Origin: an uncultured Oscillospiraceae bacterium
GTDB taxonomy: Bacteria; Bacillota; Clostridia; Christensenellales; CAG-138
DNA length: 64,000 nt
NCBI GenBank assembly: GCA_964437665.1
Contig: CAYTHS010000002.1
Span: 315 to 64,314, forward strand
Reading direction: 5' to 3'
Notes under the pieces: generated by a model
Told to the model about the DNA's origin: nothing
The model's input: the letters and a program-made list of their open reading frames with translations, nothing else
Database searches by the model: none
Shown here: in pieces, positions 17,227-26,978 of the stretch
Position numbering within the stretch: position 1 is the stretch's first letter
How the letters are laid out: every line of letters begins with the position of its first letter
Translations under genes and position numbers: made by a program

Positions 17227-17924
17227 ATAAGGGACGCGAACAAGTAAGGGATAAGGAAAGTCCTCCTTCCGAAGGGGGACTTCCGGCCGTCGGTCCGCAG
17301 AAGGTCCGGCGGAAATCGCCGCGGTGAAGCCCGGCCGCCGGTATCGTTTCCGGATGCTTGCACTGCTTGCCGGGCTTTTTGATTGAGAACATATTTGCTC
17401 AAGACAAATCCGTCAGAATTGCGCATGGGGGTAGCCGGGAAGCGGAAACCGGCCGTCGTCAGACAGGGCTGCACCCGGATCGGGCGACATAGCCGCACGT
17501 TCCTTTTCCGAGGCAAACACCACCGAACGGCAAACGTATCAAAGAACGGCCCGCATCCGGCGCGAAAAGGGCCGATTTTCACAATATGAAGAAGGCTAAT
17601 AAAAAAAGAGTCCGCCTGATTACTGCGGGCTGGAACCATTGTATAATCCGTTATTAATAGAAGAATTGCTTTCTGCAGGTCGATTTATGGAAGTATCGAT
17701 TGCAGAAAGCAGTTTTGTGAACGGTTGCACTCGGATATCGTATTGTATTGATTGGAGAAAGCCGGGTTCCCCCCGCGCGAGAAACCGCCCGGGGGGGATG
17801 GGCGGTCTCCCGCATCCAAAGGATGGGTTGGGGGATTCGGAAAGCGGTCAGGCTCTCCGATATGTCATCGTCCGTTCGGACGCGATGACCGGTATGGGCG
17901 CCGCTTGGCGGACGCCAGGGCGTA

Positions 17925-19226
17925 TCACTGCGGCGTGTATTCGCCGAAGGTGACGGCGACAGTTTGCTGCTCCCCGTCGCGCTGGATGGTCAGCGTTGCG
18001 GTGTCGCCGGCATTATATCCGCTGATGGCGGCTGAAAGCGCCGTGTTGCTGGAGATTTCGATGTCGTCCACGGCCAGGATCAAGTCGCCTACCTGCAGGC
18101 CTGCGGCCTCTGCCGCGCTGCCGGAGACGATTTGCGCAATCTGAACGCAGCTTGTCCCGCTGGAGCCGAAGTAACTGCCGAACAGTCCGCCGCCCCATTC
18201 GTTCATGCCGGAAGAGAGCGTAACGTCTTGCGTGTATACGCCGAGATAGGCGCGTCCGAGCACGTAACCATGGTCGATGAGATTGGAGATAATCGTTTTG
18301 ACGCTGCTCACCGGAATGGCGAACCCAAGGCCCTCGGCGTTGTCGCTGCTGGCCTTTGCGTTAACGATGCCGATCAGCGAACCGCTGGAGTTGAACAGCC
18401 CGCCACCGGAATTGCCCGGGCTGATGGCGGCGTCGGTCTGAATCAGCGACATCGTTACGTCTTCAACGGTCACTTCGCGGCTCAGCGCGCTGACCATGCC
18501 GCTGGTTGCGGTGCCGCGCAGTTCGCCGAGCGGATTGCCGATTGCGATGACGTCCTCGCCGACGGTCAGCATGTCGGAATCGCCGAGGGTGGCGGGCGTT
18601 AACCCGGTCGCATCGATTTTCAGTACGGCAAGGTCGCTGCGCGAATCCGTTCCGACCAGAGTTGCGTCATATTCCGTGTCGTCGTTAAGGATGACCTTAA
18701 TGGTATTCGTTCCTTCGACGACGTGCCGGCAGGTAACGATATAACCGTCGCTGGTGAGGATGATGCCGCTTCCGCTGCCGTACTGGACTTCCGTTTCGGA
18801 GGACTCGTTATTATTGCCGTAGAAAAACCCGTATGTACTCGATGCGCTCACGTAGGTATCGATCCCGACGACCGAAGGCGCGCACATCTCGATGATCTGC
18901 GTCTTGGAATAGGTCGATGTCGAAAAGCTGTTCGCCGAGGCGTTGGTCAGCGTGTCGGATGCGTTCTCCTGCGTGTCTGAATCACCGGACTCGTTTTCCG
19001 TCGCACTGGCGAGCGCCGTCTGCGCCTGCAGCGAGGCGATTTGCTCGCCGACATACTGGCGCGTATACAGTCCGCCAAGAAGGCCGCCGAGCAGGATTGC
19101 GATCAGCATGCAGATAACCAGCGTCGATCCGCGTATGCCGTTTCTCACACGCCGCGGCGTGCGGGATGCGGAGCCATCCGTCCGGACGGAAGAATAGCGT
19201 TCATACCAATCATTATTCTGATCCAT
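17925..19226 (-). CDS. htrA: HtrA/DegP-family serine protease with N-terminal TM helix and C-terminal PDZ domain
   Basis: 433 aa. Catalytic blocks TCRHVV, DLAVLK, GNSGG. PDZ-like C-terminus GLQVGDLILAVDD. RBS AAAGGAG. Confidence 0.9.
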   Translation of the reverse strand: MDQNNDWYERYSSVRTDGSASRTPRRVRNGIRGSTLVICMLIAILLGGLLGGLYTRQYVGEQIASLQAQTALASATENESGDSDTQENASDTLTNASANSFSTSTYSKTQIIEMCAPSVVGIDTYVSASSTYGFFYGNNNESSETEVQYGSGSGIILTSDGYIVTCRHVVEGTNTIKVILNDDTEYDATLVGTDSRSDLAVLKIDATGLTPATLGDSDMLTVGEDVIAIGNPLGELRGTATSGMVSALSREVTVEDVTMSLIQTDAAISPGNSGGGLFNSSGSLIGIVNAKASSDNAEGLGFAIPVSSVKTIISNLIDHGYVLGRAYLGVYTQDVTLSSGMNEWGGGLFGSYFGSSGTSCVQIAQIVSGSAAEAAGLQVGDLILAVDDIEISSNTALSAAISGYNAGDTATLTIQRDGEQQTVAVTFGEYTPQ

Positions 19227-19438
19227 ATTTACACGCTCCTTTGTTTCATCTGTGTTCAGTATAAAAAATCAATTTGAACTTTCAGTAGGCCGTATTTGAT
19301 GATTCTGTGTTAAATATCGGCAGGATTATGTCACTGGGGGAACCGGGGCGCAATAAAGCATCGTATTTTGGAAGAATCGGTGTTGTCGCAAGAAGCGAAA
19401 CGCTGGTATAATTTTATCAATATTTGAAAGAAGAAAAA

Positions 19439-20386
19439 ATGAAACGGATCGTTACGGCTGTATTTGTGGTGCTGACGGTTTTATGCACGGTACTTGGTTG
19501 CTCCGGAGAGCGGCGGGCTGAAAGGGACTCCGGATTAGCATCGGTCCTCCGGTCGGCTGTTTCGCCAAACCCGGTAAAAACTGCCGCGTTGTGGCAGCGC
19601 CCGGTTGCGACGCCTGAGCCGACGCAGATGCCACGGGTCAATGCGGACTGGTATGTAAGAAGAAACACAGAACTGAAAGGGATGCTGCGGCGCAACGGTT
19701 CGTTTTCCGGACGCAGGGAAATCGAAGACGCGGTCGATAAAATGTTAATCGACCCTAATAAGCCCATGGTGGCGCTTACGTTTGACGACGGGCCTATGCC
19801 GGGGGTGACCGACAAAATATTGGATACGCTCGAACGTTACAACGTCCGCGCAACGTTCTTTATTATTGGTGCCCGGATGAAGAAACCCGAAGTGGTGGAC
19901 ATCGTCAGACGGGCGATTTCGCTTGGCTGCGAGATCGGCAATCATACCTGGGAGCACGAAAAACTGACCGAGTTCACCCGCGGGCGTCAGTTTTATACCA
20001 TCGAAAGGACCAATGAAAAGATCTGCGAGGAGACGGGGTATGTCGTGCGCGACTTACGGCCGCCCGGCGGATACTGCGATATATATGTATGCCGCGTGGC
20101 GGAGGAACTGGGGATGGCAGTGGTTAAGTGGGCGCAGAGCGGCGATGTAATGGAACGCGATCCCGAGAAGATTGCGGAAAATGTTGAAAAGCAGATTGTC
20201 AACGGCAAGGAGTTACAGGCGGGCGATATTATCCTGCTGCATGACACGAAGTCCTGGATGGTGGACGCGGTTGAGATCATTGTACCGCGGTTGCTTGAGC
20301 AAGGATATCAGTTAGTTACGGCATGGGAACTGATCAACTGCTCGGAGCAGGGGTTTGTTCCGGGAATGGTGTATCATCATAGTTAA
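19439..20386 (+). CDS. polysaccharide deacetylase (NodB-homology) lipoprotein
   Basis: Lipobox VLGC. ALTFDDGP and HTWEH motifs. ATG at 19439 preferred over the TTG at 19424. Confidence 0.85.
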   Translation: MKRIVTAVFVVLTVLCTVLGCSGERRAERDSGLASVLRSAVSPNPVKTAALWQRPVATPEPTQMPRVNADWYVRRNTELKGMLRRNGSFSGRREIEDAVDKMLIDPNKPMVALTFDDGPMPGVTDKILDTLERYNVRATFFIIGARMKKPEVVDIVRRAISLGCEIGNHTWEHEKLTEFTRGRQFYTIERTNEKICEETGYVVRDLRPPGGYCDIYVCRVAEELGMAVVKWAQSGDVMERDPEKIAENVEKQIVNGKELQAGDIILLHDTKSWMVDAVEIIVPRLLEQGYQLVTAWELINCSEQGFVPGMVYHHS

Positions 20387-20442
20387 GCGCGAAATCGGCA
20401 AGGCCGGCGCGGCAGATTCAATATGGAAGGGACTTGTAAAAA

Positions 20443-21303
20443 ATGAAGCTATTGGTGTTTATGTCGGACTTCGGACAGGCCGACGGCGCGGTCAGCGCCA
20501 TGTACGGCGTTGCGTATTCGGTCAGCGGAACGCTCAAAATATCCGATATTACGCATGAAATCCCGCAGTATAACGTTTGGGAAGCGTCATACCGACTGAT
20601 CCAGACGGTGGGATACTGGCCGCGCGGGACGGTGTTCGTTTCCGTCGTCGATCCCGGCGTTGGATCGACCCGCCGCAGCATCGGCGTGGAAACCGCCGCC
20701 GGACAGTATATCATCTCCCCGGACAACGGGACGCTCACGCACGCGAAGCGTCTCGGCGGCATCGTCGCTGCGCGCGAGATCGACGAGCAGATCAATCGTC
20801 TGCCCGGTTCCGGAGAGAGTTATACGTTCCACGGGCGCGATATTTACGCTTACACCGGCGCGCGGCTGGCGGCGGGGGTAATCGACTTTGCGGGCGTTGG
20901 ACCGGAGGTACCGGTCGAAAGCGTCGTGGAACTGCCGCTTCCGGAGCCGGATTATAACGGAGAAAGCATTTCCGGCGATATCGACGTGCTGGACGTACGC
21001 TTCGGCAGCCTGTGGACCAACATCCCGCGCGAATTATTCCTGCAGCTCGGCGCGAAACATGGCGATTTTATCGAAATCCTAATCGAAAACGGAACGCGGC
21101 TGGTTTACCGCAATTCCCTGATCTACGCGCGCGCGTTTACGGATGCGTTTATCGGAGAACCGCTTCTTTATGTCAACAGTCTCGACCGCATGGCGGTAGC
21201 GATCAATCAGGGCGATTTTTCCCGCGCGTACAATATCGGCACCGGCGCGCCCTGGCGGATTACCATGCGCAGGACCTGCAAAAAGGAGCCGCGCGGCGAA
21301 TAA
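20443..21303 (+). CDS. SAM hydrolase / SAM-dependent halogenase family protein (DUF62)
   Basis: 286 aa. N-terminal SDFGQADGAVSAMYGV and later VVDPGVGS blocks are characteristic. Confidence 0.85.
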   Translation: MKLLVFMSDFGQADGAVSAMYGVAYSVSGTLKISDITHEIPQYNVWEASYRLIQTVGYWPRGTVFVSVVDPGVGSTRRSIGVETAAGQYIISPDNGTLTHAKRLGGIVAAREIDEQINRLPGSGESYTFHGRDIYAYTGARLAAGVIDFAGVGPEVPVESVVELPLPEPDYNGESISGDIDVLDVRFGSLWTNIPRELFLQLGAKHGDFIEILIENGTRLVYRNSLIYARAFTDAFIGEPLLYVNSLDRMAVAINQGDFSRAYNIGTGAPWRITMRRTCKKEPRGE

Positions 21304-21850
21304 TAAAGCGAAATTCCGTATGCAGAAGCGGCGGATTCCGGCGGCCGGGATCGCGGCGGGCTCCGTCTTTCGACAAATGACACAGGGCCGGAGATGTGCT
21401 TGATATCGGCGCCGGACGGTGCGTGCACGGCCGCGGCGGACATACCCGCACGTCGCCGTGCGTGCCGGATTACGTGTTGTGCATGTAACCGGAAAACCAG
21501 CCGGGAAGCATCACGCGGGGAATCATTCGTTCGTGCCGGCATGTTTAAAAGCATGCAGGCTTACCGGATACGTTCCGGCGAAATATGAATTATCCGAACG
21601 GAAATCCGTTAAAACATACGTATAATAAGTCGAAAAACCCGGAAAATAGAAAAAATAGTGCAGCCGGCTGCGCGCAATACTGCAAAAAAAATTCCGCGTC
21701 GGCGGGAAACATCGGAAAGCCGGCGTTTTATTTCGGAGAAGCCCCAACGCGCCCGCGGGGGCTTTCTTACGTGCCAAACCATTTTTGGGCAATCCTGCAG
21801 CACGCATAAAATATATAATTTTACACGGCCATGAAAAAGTTTTCGTCGAG

Positions 21851-21879
21851 TTGACTTTCTTTGCGGTTCTATGTAAACT
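21851..21879 (+). promoter_or_regulatory. sigma-70-type promoter candidate for the nucleoside-uptake operon
   Basis: TTGACT, 17-nt spacer, TAAACT. Followed by hairpin AACCGCAT...ATGCGGTT in the 5' leader. Confidence 0.5.
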
Positions 21880-21955
21880 GTATCTGTGACAACCGCATCC
21901 GGGCTAGCCCATGCGGTTAATCGCAGCTTATTTTTTAGAAGAGAGGAAAATCATA

Positions 21956-23074
21956 ATGAAAAAACTGGTAGCGATCCTGTTGACCGTCTTGCTGGCGTTA
22001 TCGATGTTTGCCTGCAAGGCAACGACGCCCGCTGCGGAAGAAACAGCGGAAGAAAGCGGCGCTTACAATGTTGTCAGCCTCGTTAACGGAAACCTTGGAG
22101 ATAAGTCGTTCTTCGACTCCGCAGAATCCGGCCTGAAAGCCCTTGCAGACGCCGGACGCATCACCTACAAGACCATCGAAATGGGCGGCACGGACGAAGA
22201 TCAGCCGAAATGGCTGGAAACGCTCTATGAAGTCGCCGAATCCGGAGAGTACGATCTGATCATCTGCGGAACGTACCAGATGCCCGACTACCTCAAAGAA
22301 GTCGCCACTGAGTATCCGGACCAGAAGTTTCTCATCTATGACGACACCACTTATGTCGGCGAAAACGAAAACGTCGTCAACCTCAGCTACAAGCAGAACG
22401 ACATGGGTTATCTCATCGGCGTGTTCGCCGCGGCGATGACGAGCGAAACCTCCGTTGCCAACATGAACGCCGAGAAAGTTGTCGGCTTTGTAGGCGGCGT
22501 GGACAGCCCCGTTATCAACGACTTCCTTTACGGCTTCCTGGAAGGCGTTCAGGCGACCGACGCGGAAGTTAAGGTCGATACCCGTTATGTCAACAGCTAT
22601 GTCGATACCGCGACGGCTAAGGAAATGGGCCTTTCCATGATTAACGACAACAACTGCGACATCATCTGGGGCGTTGCGGGCCTGTCCGGCAACGGCGCGG
22701 CTGAAGCCGCGCTCGAATCCGGGAAAGCCTGGTTCATCGGCGTTGATTCCGACCAGGAACTGACTCTTTCGAGCGAACTTGCCGCCATCACGCTGACCTC
22801 CGGACTCAAGAACGTCGGCAATTCCATCGTCTGGATCTTTGACGAATGGGATGCGGGCCGCACCTATTGGGGCCAGCAGGTTAACCTTGGCCTGACCGAA
22901 GGCGGCGTCGGCATTGTGACCGACAAGAACTTTGCCGCGATCGCTCCGCAGGAAGTCCAGGACAAAGTCGTGGCTGCGGAAGAAGCGATCAAGAACGGTG
23001 AAATCGTTGTTTCGAGCGCTATCGGCGACGATACCAACGGCGTCGTGACGCTGCGCGATTCCATGCAGCCGTAA
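21956..23074 (+). CDS. BMP-family (PnrA/Med-like) ABC-transporter substrate-binding lipoprotein
   Basis: MKKLVAILLTVLLALSMFAC lipobox. BMP-family blocks GFVGG, DIIWGVAG. RBS GAGAGGA. Confidence 0.9.
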   Translation: MKKLVAILLTVLLALSMFACKATTPAAEETAEESGAYNVVSLVNGNLGDKSFFDSAESGLKALADAGRITYKTIEMGGTDEDQPKWLETLYEVAESGEYDLIICGTYQMPDYLKEVATEYPDQKFLIYDDTTYVGENENVVNLSYKQNDMGYLIGVFAAAMTSETSVANMNAEKVVGFVGGVDSPVINDFLYGFLEGVQATDAEVKVDTRYVNSYVDTATAKEMGLSMINDNNCDIIWGVAGLSGNGAAEAALESGKAWFIGVDSDQELTLSSELAAITLTSGLKNVGNSIVWIFDEWDAGRTYWGQQVNLGLTEGGVGIVTDKNFAAIAPQEVQDKVVAAEEAIKNGEIVVSSAIGDDTNGVVTLRDSMQP

Positions 23075-23123
23075 CGGACGGCTATCATCTGCGTAAAAAC
23101 AGACAGTTAGCTTATACACACAT

Positions 23124-23153
23124 GGGGGGAGCTATAAGCGGCTCCCCCCGTTT
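23124..23153 (+). terminator. rho-independent terminator or attenuator after the binding-protein gene
   Basis: GGGGGGAGC-TATAAGCG-GCTCCCCCC plus GTTT. Confidence 0.7.
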
Positions 23154-23343
23154 GGCACTTTCGGGAAGCGGGAACAGGGAAAATACGCCGCACGCCGGGC
23201 GGGCGCCTCATGAAAAGCCTGCGTGTTATTGCAATTATTGTGCGGTTTTATTAATATTGAAACAAGAAAATCTTTTACCGGTGTAACTGCGCCGGCGGGA
23301 CGGGCAAAATCACATATAATTCTGAATCGGGGGAACCCAGTCT

Positions 23344-24909
23344 ATGGAACATAACCAAACCATCGTTCAGATGAAGGGTATTACGAAGGTGTATCCCAAT
23401 GGCATTGCCGCAAATCAGGGGGTGGATTTTTTCGTGCGCCGTGGTGAAATCCACGCGCTGATGGGAGAAAACGGCGCGGGGAAATCGACCTTGATGAAGA
23501 TGCTCTTCGGCATGGAACAGCCGACCGAAGGCGAGATCATCGTAAACGATGAGAAGGTCCTGCTGACCTCGCCGACGGCTGCGATTGCGCACGGCATCGG
23601 CATGGTGCATCAGCACTTTATGCTGGTGCCAAGCCTCACGGTCGCGGAGAACATCGTGCTCGGGATGGTGCCGAAAAAATCCGGCGTGCTGATCGACTAT
23701 AAGAAAGCGCTGGAGATCACGAAAGAATATTCCGAACGGTTTAATCTGGCGGTCAATCCGGACGCGAAGGTGATGGACATCCCCGTTGGGATGAAGCAAA
23801 AGGTAGAGATCCTTAAAGCGTTGATCCGCGGCGCAAAAATTCTCATCCTTGACGAACCGACGGCGGTTCTGACTACGCAGGAAACGGCGGAACTCTTCAA
23901 GGAACTGATTCATCTCAAAGAACAGGGATACACAATCATCTTTATTTCTCACAAACTCAAAGAAATCAAACAGATTACAGACCGGCTTACGATCATGCGC
24001 GGCGGTAAAACCATGGGCGTTTTTGAGACGGCTTCCATTACCGAGCAGGAGATTTCGCGCCTGATGGTCGGGCGCGACGTTGTGCTGGACGTGGAAAAAG
24101 ACGCGCCGCATCCTACGGACGTGGTGCTTCGCGTAGAAGGACTGCGTTACACCAACGAATGGAACAAGCGTATGCTTGACGGCGTCTCGTTTGCGGTGCG
24201 CAAGGGCGAAATCCTGGGCGTAGCCGGCGTTGAAGGCAACGGACAGCGCGAGCTGGTGGACATGCTTTTCGGCCTCAACACGCCGGACGACGGGGAGGCG
24301 AGCGTTGACGGCGAGGATATCATCGGAAAACCGCAGTATCGCATCCGCAGGCTCGGCGTTTCGCTGGTGCCGGAGGACCGCATGACCTACGGCATCGCCG
24401 AGAGCGCTTCCATCGAGGAAAACGTCATCTCGGATCGGTTTACGGAAAAACGCTTCAACCATGGTCCGCTGTTTGACATGAAAGCGATCCATGCGGAAAG
24501 CGACCGGCTGATCGAGGATTACACGGTGCTTTGCAAATCCCGCCGGCAGAAGGTTAAGATGCTTTCCGGCGGCAATATCCAAAAGGTGGTTGTGGCGCGC
24601 GAATTTTCGAGCGATCCAACGCTGATCATCGCCGACCAGCCGACGCGAGGCATCGACGTGGGCGCGACGGAGTTTATCCGTAAGAAGCTGGTCGATCTGT
24701 CCCGCGCGGGCGCGGCCGTACTGCTGGTCTCCGCCGACCTCAACGAGGTAATGGAGCTTTCCGACAGTCTGATCGTGCTTTACGGCGGAAAGATCGCCGC
24801 CTATTTCGAGGACACGTCCGATCTGGACGACGTCGTGATGGGTGAATATATGCTCGGGCTGAAGCGCCAGAGCGACGAGGAGATCGGGAGGGTATGTCAT
24901 GAAGGGTAA
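23344..24909 (+). CDS. ABC transporter ATP-binding protein (duplicated ABC domains)
   Basis: 521 aa. Walker A GENGAGKST, LSGG signature, and a second degenerate ABC domain. Confidence 0.9.
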   Translation: MEHNQTIVQMKGITKVYPNGIAANQGVDFFVRRGEIHALMGENGAGKSTLMKMLFGMEQPTEGEIIVNDEKVLLTSPTAAIAHGIGMVHQHFMLVPSLTVAENIVLGMVPKKSGVLIDYKKALEITKEYSERFNLAVNPDAKVMDIPVGMKQKVEILKALIRGAKILILDEPTAVLTTQETAELFKELIHLKEQGYTIIFISHKLKEIKQITDRLTIMRGGKTMGVFETASITEQEISRLMVGRDVVLDVEKDAPHPTDVVLRVEGLRYTNEWNKRMLDGVSFAVRKGEILGVAGVEGNGQRELVDMLFGLNTPDDGEASVDGEDIIGKPQYRIRRLGVSLVPEDRMTYGIAESASIEENVISDRFTEKRFNHGPLFDMKAIHAESDRLIEDYTVLCKSRRQKVKMLSGGNIQKVVVAREFSSDPTLIIADQPTRGIDVGATEFIRKKLVDLSRAGAAVLLVSADLNEVMELSDSLIVLYGGKIAAYFEDTSDLDDVVMGEYMLGLKRQSDEEIGRVCHEG

Positions 24910-26023
24910 ACGGATGCTGCTGTTCGAGCTGGTCCGCGGCGCGGCGGCGATTGCGCTGGCGCTCGCGGTCGGTACGATCTTCATTTTTCTCAGTTCGGAC
25001 GAGCCGCTGACGGCGCTGCGGTATTTACTGATCGGGCCGCTGGTTTCGATGAAGGGCGGGCTGGCCTCGTTTAATACGCAGGGGCTCTACACGATCCTCG
25101 CGGCCATGATTCCGACGATCTTTACGGGCCTAGCTGTCTGCGTGATGTTCTCAAGCAACCAGTTCAACCTTGGCGGCGAGGGCATCGTGATGGTCGGCGG
25201 GTTTGTCGCCGCGCTGTGCGGAATTTACATCCATATGAACACCGGCTTGCATGCGGTGCTCTGCATCGCCGTTGCCGCTGTCGTCGGCGGCATCATCATG
25301 CTGGTGCCCGCACTGCTCAAGGTCAAGCTCGGTGCAAGCGAAATGGTTACGAGCCTCATGCTGAATTATGTCTGCATGTTTGTCGTGCTTCATTTTCTGA
25401 ACTATAATTTTGCCGACCGCAGCAAGGGGTCCACGCAGACGTTTCCGTTTGCGGAAACCGCAAAGATCCAGTCGTTGGTATCCGGCGGCAGCAAGCTGAC
25501 ATGGGGATTCATCATCGCACTGGTATTCGTCGCGATTGTCGCGCTGTTTATGTACCGCACGCGTTGGGGGTATGCCATCCGCATGATCGGCGTCAACCAG
25601 GCGTTTTCCAAGTATTCCGGCATGAAAGTCGGCGGAACGATCGTGCTTGCGCAGGTTGTCGGCGGCATGCTCTCCGGTATGGGCGGCAGCATCGAAGTGC
25701 TGGGGCGGTACTCGACGTTCCTGTGGAAAGAACTCCCGGGTTACGGCTGGACCGGCATCACGATTGCGATCTTGGCGAAGAACAACCCGTTGTTTGTTCC
25801 GCTGGCCGCGTTCTTCATAGCCTATCTGAACAAGGGGTGCCAGCTTATGGCGACCTATTGCGACGTGCCGAGCGAGATGATCGATATCATCCAGGCGGCC
25901 ATCTTCCTCTTCTTTGCAGCGGAGCAGTTCCTCTCCGGATACCGTCAGAAAATTGTGGTTCGCAACACAAGGGCCGATCTTGCGAAAGCGGCGTCGGCGG
26001 AGGGAGGAACCGAGAATGTTTAG
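24899..26023 (+). CDS. ABC transporter permease
   Basis: 374 aa polytopic membrane protein overlapping the ATPase stop. Confidence 0.85.
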   Translation: MKGKRMLLFELVRGAAAIALALAVGTIFIFLSSDEPLTALRYLLIGPLVSMKGGLASFNTQGLYTILAAMIPTIFTGLAVCVMFSSNQFNLGGEGIVMVGGFVAALCGIYIHMNTGLHAVLCIAVAAVVGGIIMLVPALLKVKLGASEMVTSLMLNYVCMFVVLHFLNYNFADRSKGSTQTFPFAETAKIQSLVSGGSKLTWGFIIALVFVAIVALFMYRTRWGYAIRMIGVNQAFSKYSGMKVGGTIVLAQVVGGMLSGMGGSIEVLGRYSTFLWKELPGYGWTGITIAILAKNNPLFVPLAAFFIAYLNKGCQLMATYCDVPSEMIDIIQAAIFLFFAAEQFLSGYRQKIVVRNTRADLAKAASAEGGTENV

Positions 26024-26978
26024 TCAGCTTCTGCAAACTATCTTCAAGGCGGAATTCTTGTTTTCGGTGATCCGCATCACCGCACCGATCCTGTTTGCGG
26101 CGCTCGGTGCGGTGATCGCCGATAAAGCGGGCGTGATCAACATCGGCCTCGAAGGTATCATGATGATTTCGGCGCTGTTCGGGGTGCTTTTCAGCTACTG
26201 GACGCAAAGCTGGCTCGTTGGCGTGATCGGCGCGATGCTCGTCGGCATCCTGCTGGGGCTGATGATGGGTTTCTTTGCGCTCAAACTTAAAACGGACATC
26301 ATCCTAGCCGGTATAGCGGTCAATATGATGGGGGCCGGCGGGACGATCTTCCTGCTGTATATGTTCACCGGCATGCGCGGCAACACCGGCGCTCTGGTCA
26401 GCCCGAACATTCTGATTCCGACGGTTAACATCCCGCTGATCAAGGATATACCGGTACTGGGGGAAGTGCTTTCCGGGCATTCGGTGCTTACGTATGTTGC
26501 GTTTCTCGCGGTTTTGCTCATCTGGCTGCTGCTCTATAAAACGCCGCTCGGGCTCAATATCCGCGCAGTTGGCGAGAATCCCAACGCGGCTTCGAGCGTC
26601 GGCGTGAGCGTGCTGAAGATGAAATATATCGCCATCGCCATTTCCGGCGCGCTTGCGGGTTTCGGCGGGGCGTTTATGTCCATGTATTATTCGCAGGGCT
26701 GGAATTCCGGCATGGTCGCTGGACGCGGGTTTATTGCGCTTGCGGCGCAGGCAATGGGCCGCGGCGAGCCGGTCGGCGCGATGCTCAGTTCGCTCCTGTT
26801 CGGCCTTGCGCAGGCGCTGCGGACAAAAGTCAGCGGACTGCAGGGCGTTTCGAGTTATCTTGTGTCGCTGATTCCGTACGTTGTGACAATTCTCGGACTG
26901 GTGCTTTATGCCGCCAGCACGCTCAAAAAGGTGAAAAAGCACAGAGCGAAAAAAGCGCAGCTTGAGGTACAGGAATGA
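26016..26978 (+). CDS. ABC transporter permease
   Basis: ATG at 26016 (MFSQLLQ...) after GGAGGGAGG. 320 aa, polytopic. Confidence 0.85.
   Translation: MFSQLLQTIFKAEFLFSVIRITAPILFAALGAVIADKAGVINIGLEGIMMISALFGVLFSYWTQSWLVGVIGAMLVGILLGLMMGFFALKLKTDIILAGIAVNMMGAGGTIFLLYMFTGMRGNTGALVSPNILIPTVNIPLIKDIPVLGEVLSGHSVLTYVAFLAVLLIWLLLYKTPLGLNIRAVGENPNAASSVGVSVLKMKYIAIAISGALAGFGGAFMSMYYSQGWNSGMVAGRGFIALAAQAMGRGEPVGAMLSSLLFGLAQALRTKVSGLQGVSSYLVSLIPYVVTILGLVLYAASTLKKVKKHRAKKAQLEVQE

Noticed and set aside
17255-17284. AAGGAAAGTCC resembles the RNase P RNA P4 strand GAGGAAAGUCC
   Set aside because: No matching 3' P4 strand (ACAGAACCCGGCUUA-like) lies at a suitable distance on the same strand. The GGAACCCGGC near 17750 is on the opposite strand and has no room for a 350-nt RNA. 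The motif is simply part of a local hairpin.
17768-17798. CCGGGCGG on the minus strand resembles part of a ZTP (pfl) riboswitch
   Set aside because: The partner CCGCCUGGG element is absent and no downstream gene lies on that strand.
23275-24984. 569-aa minus-strand ORF
   Set aside because: Antisense shadow of the ABC ATPase gene. Implausible composition and no recognisable motifs.
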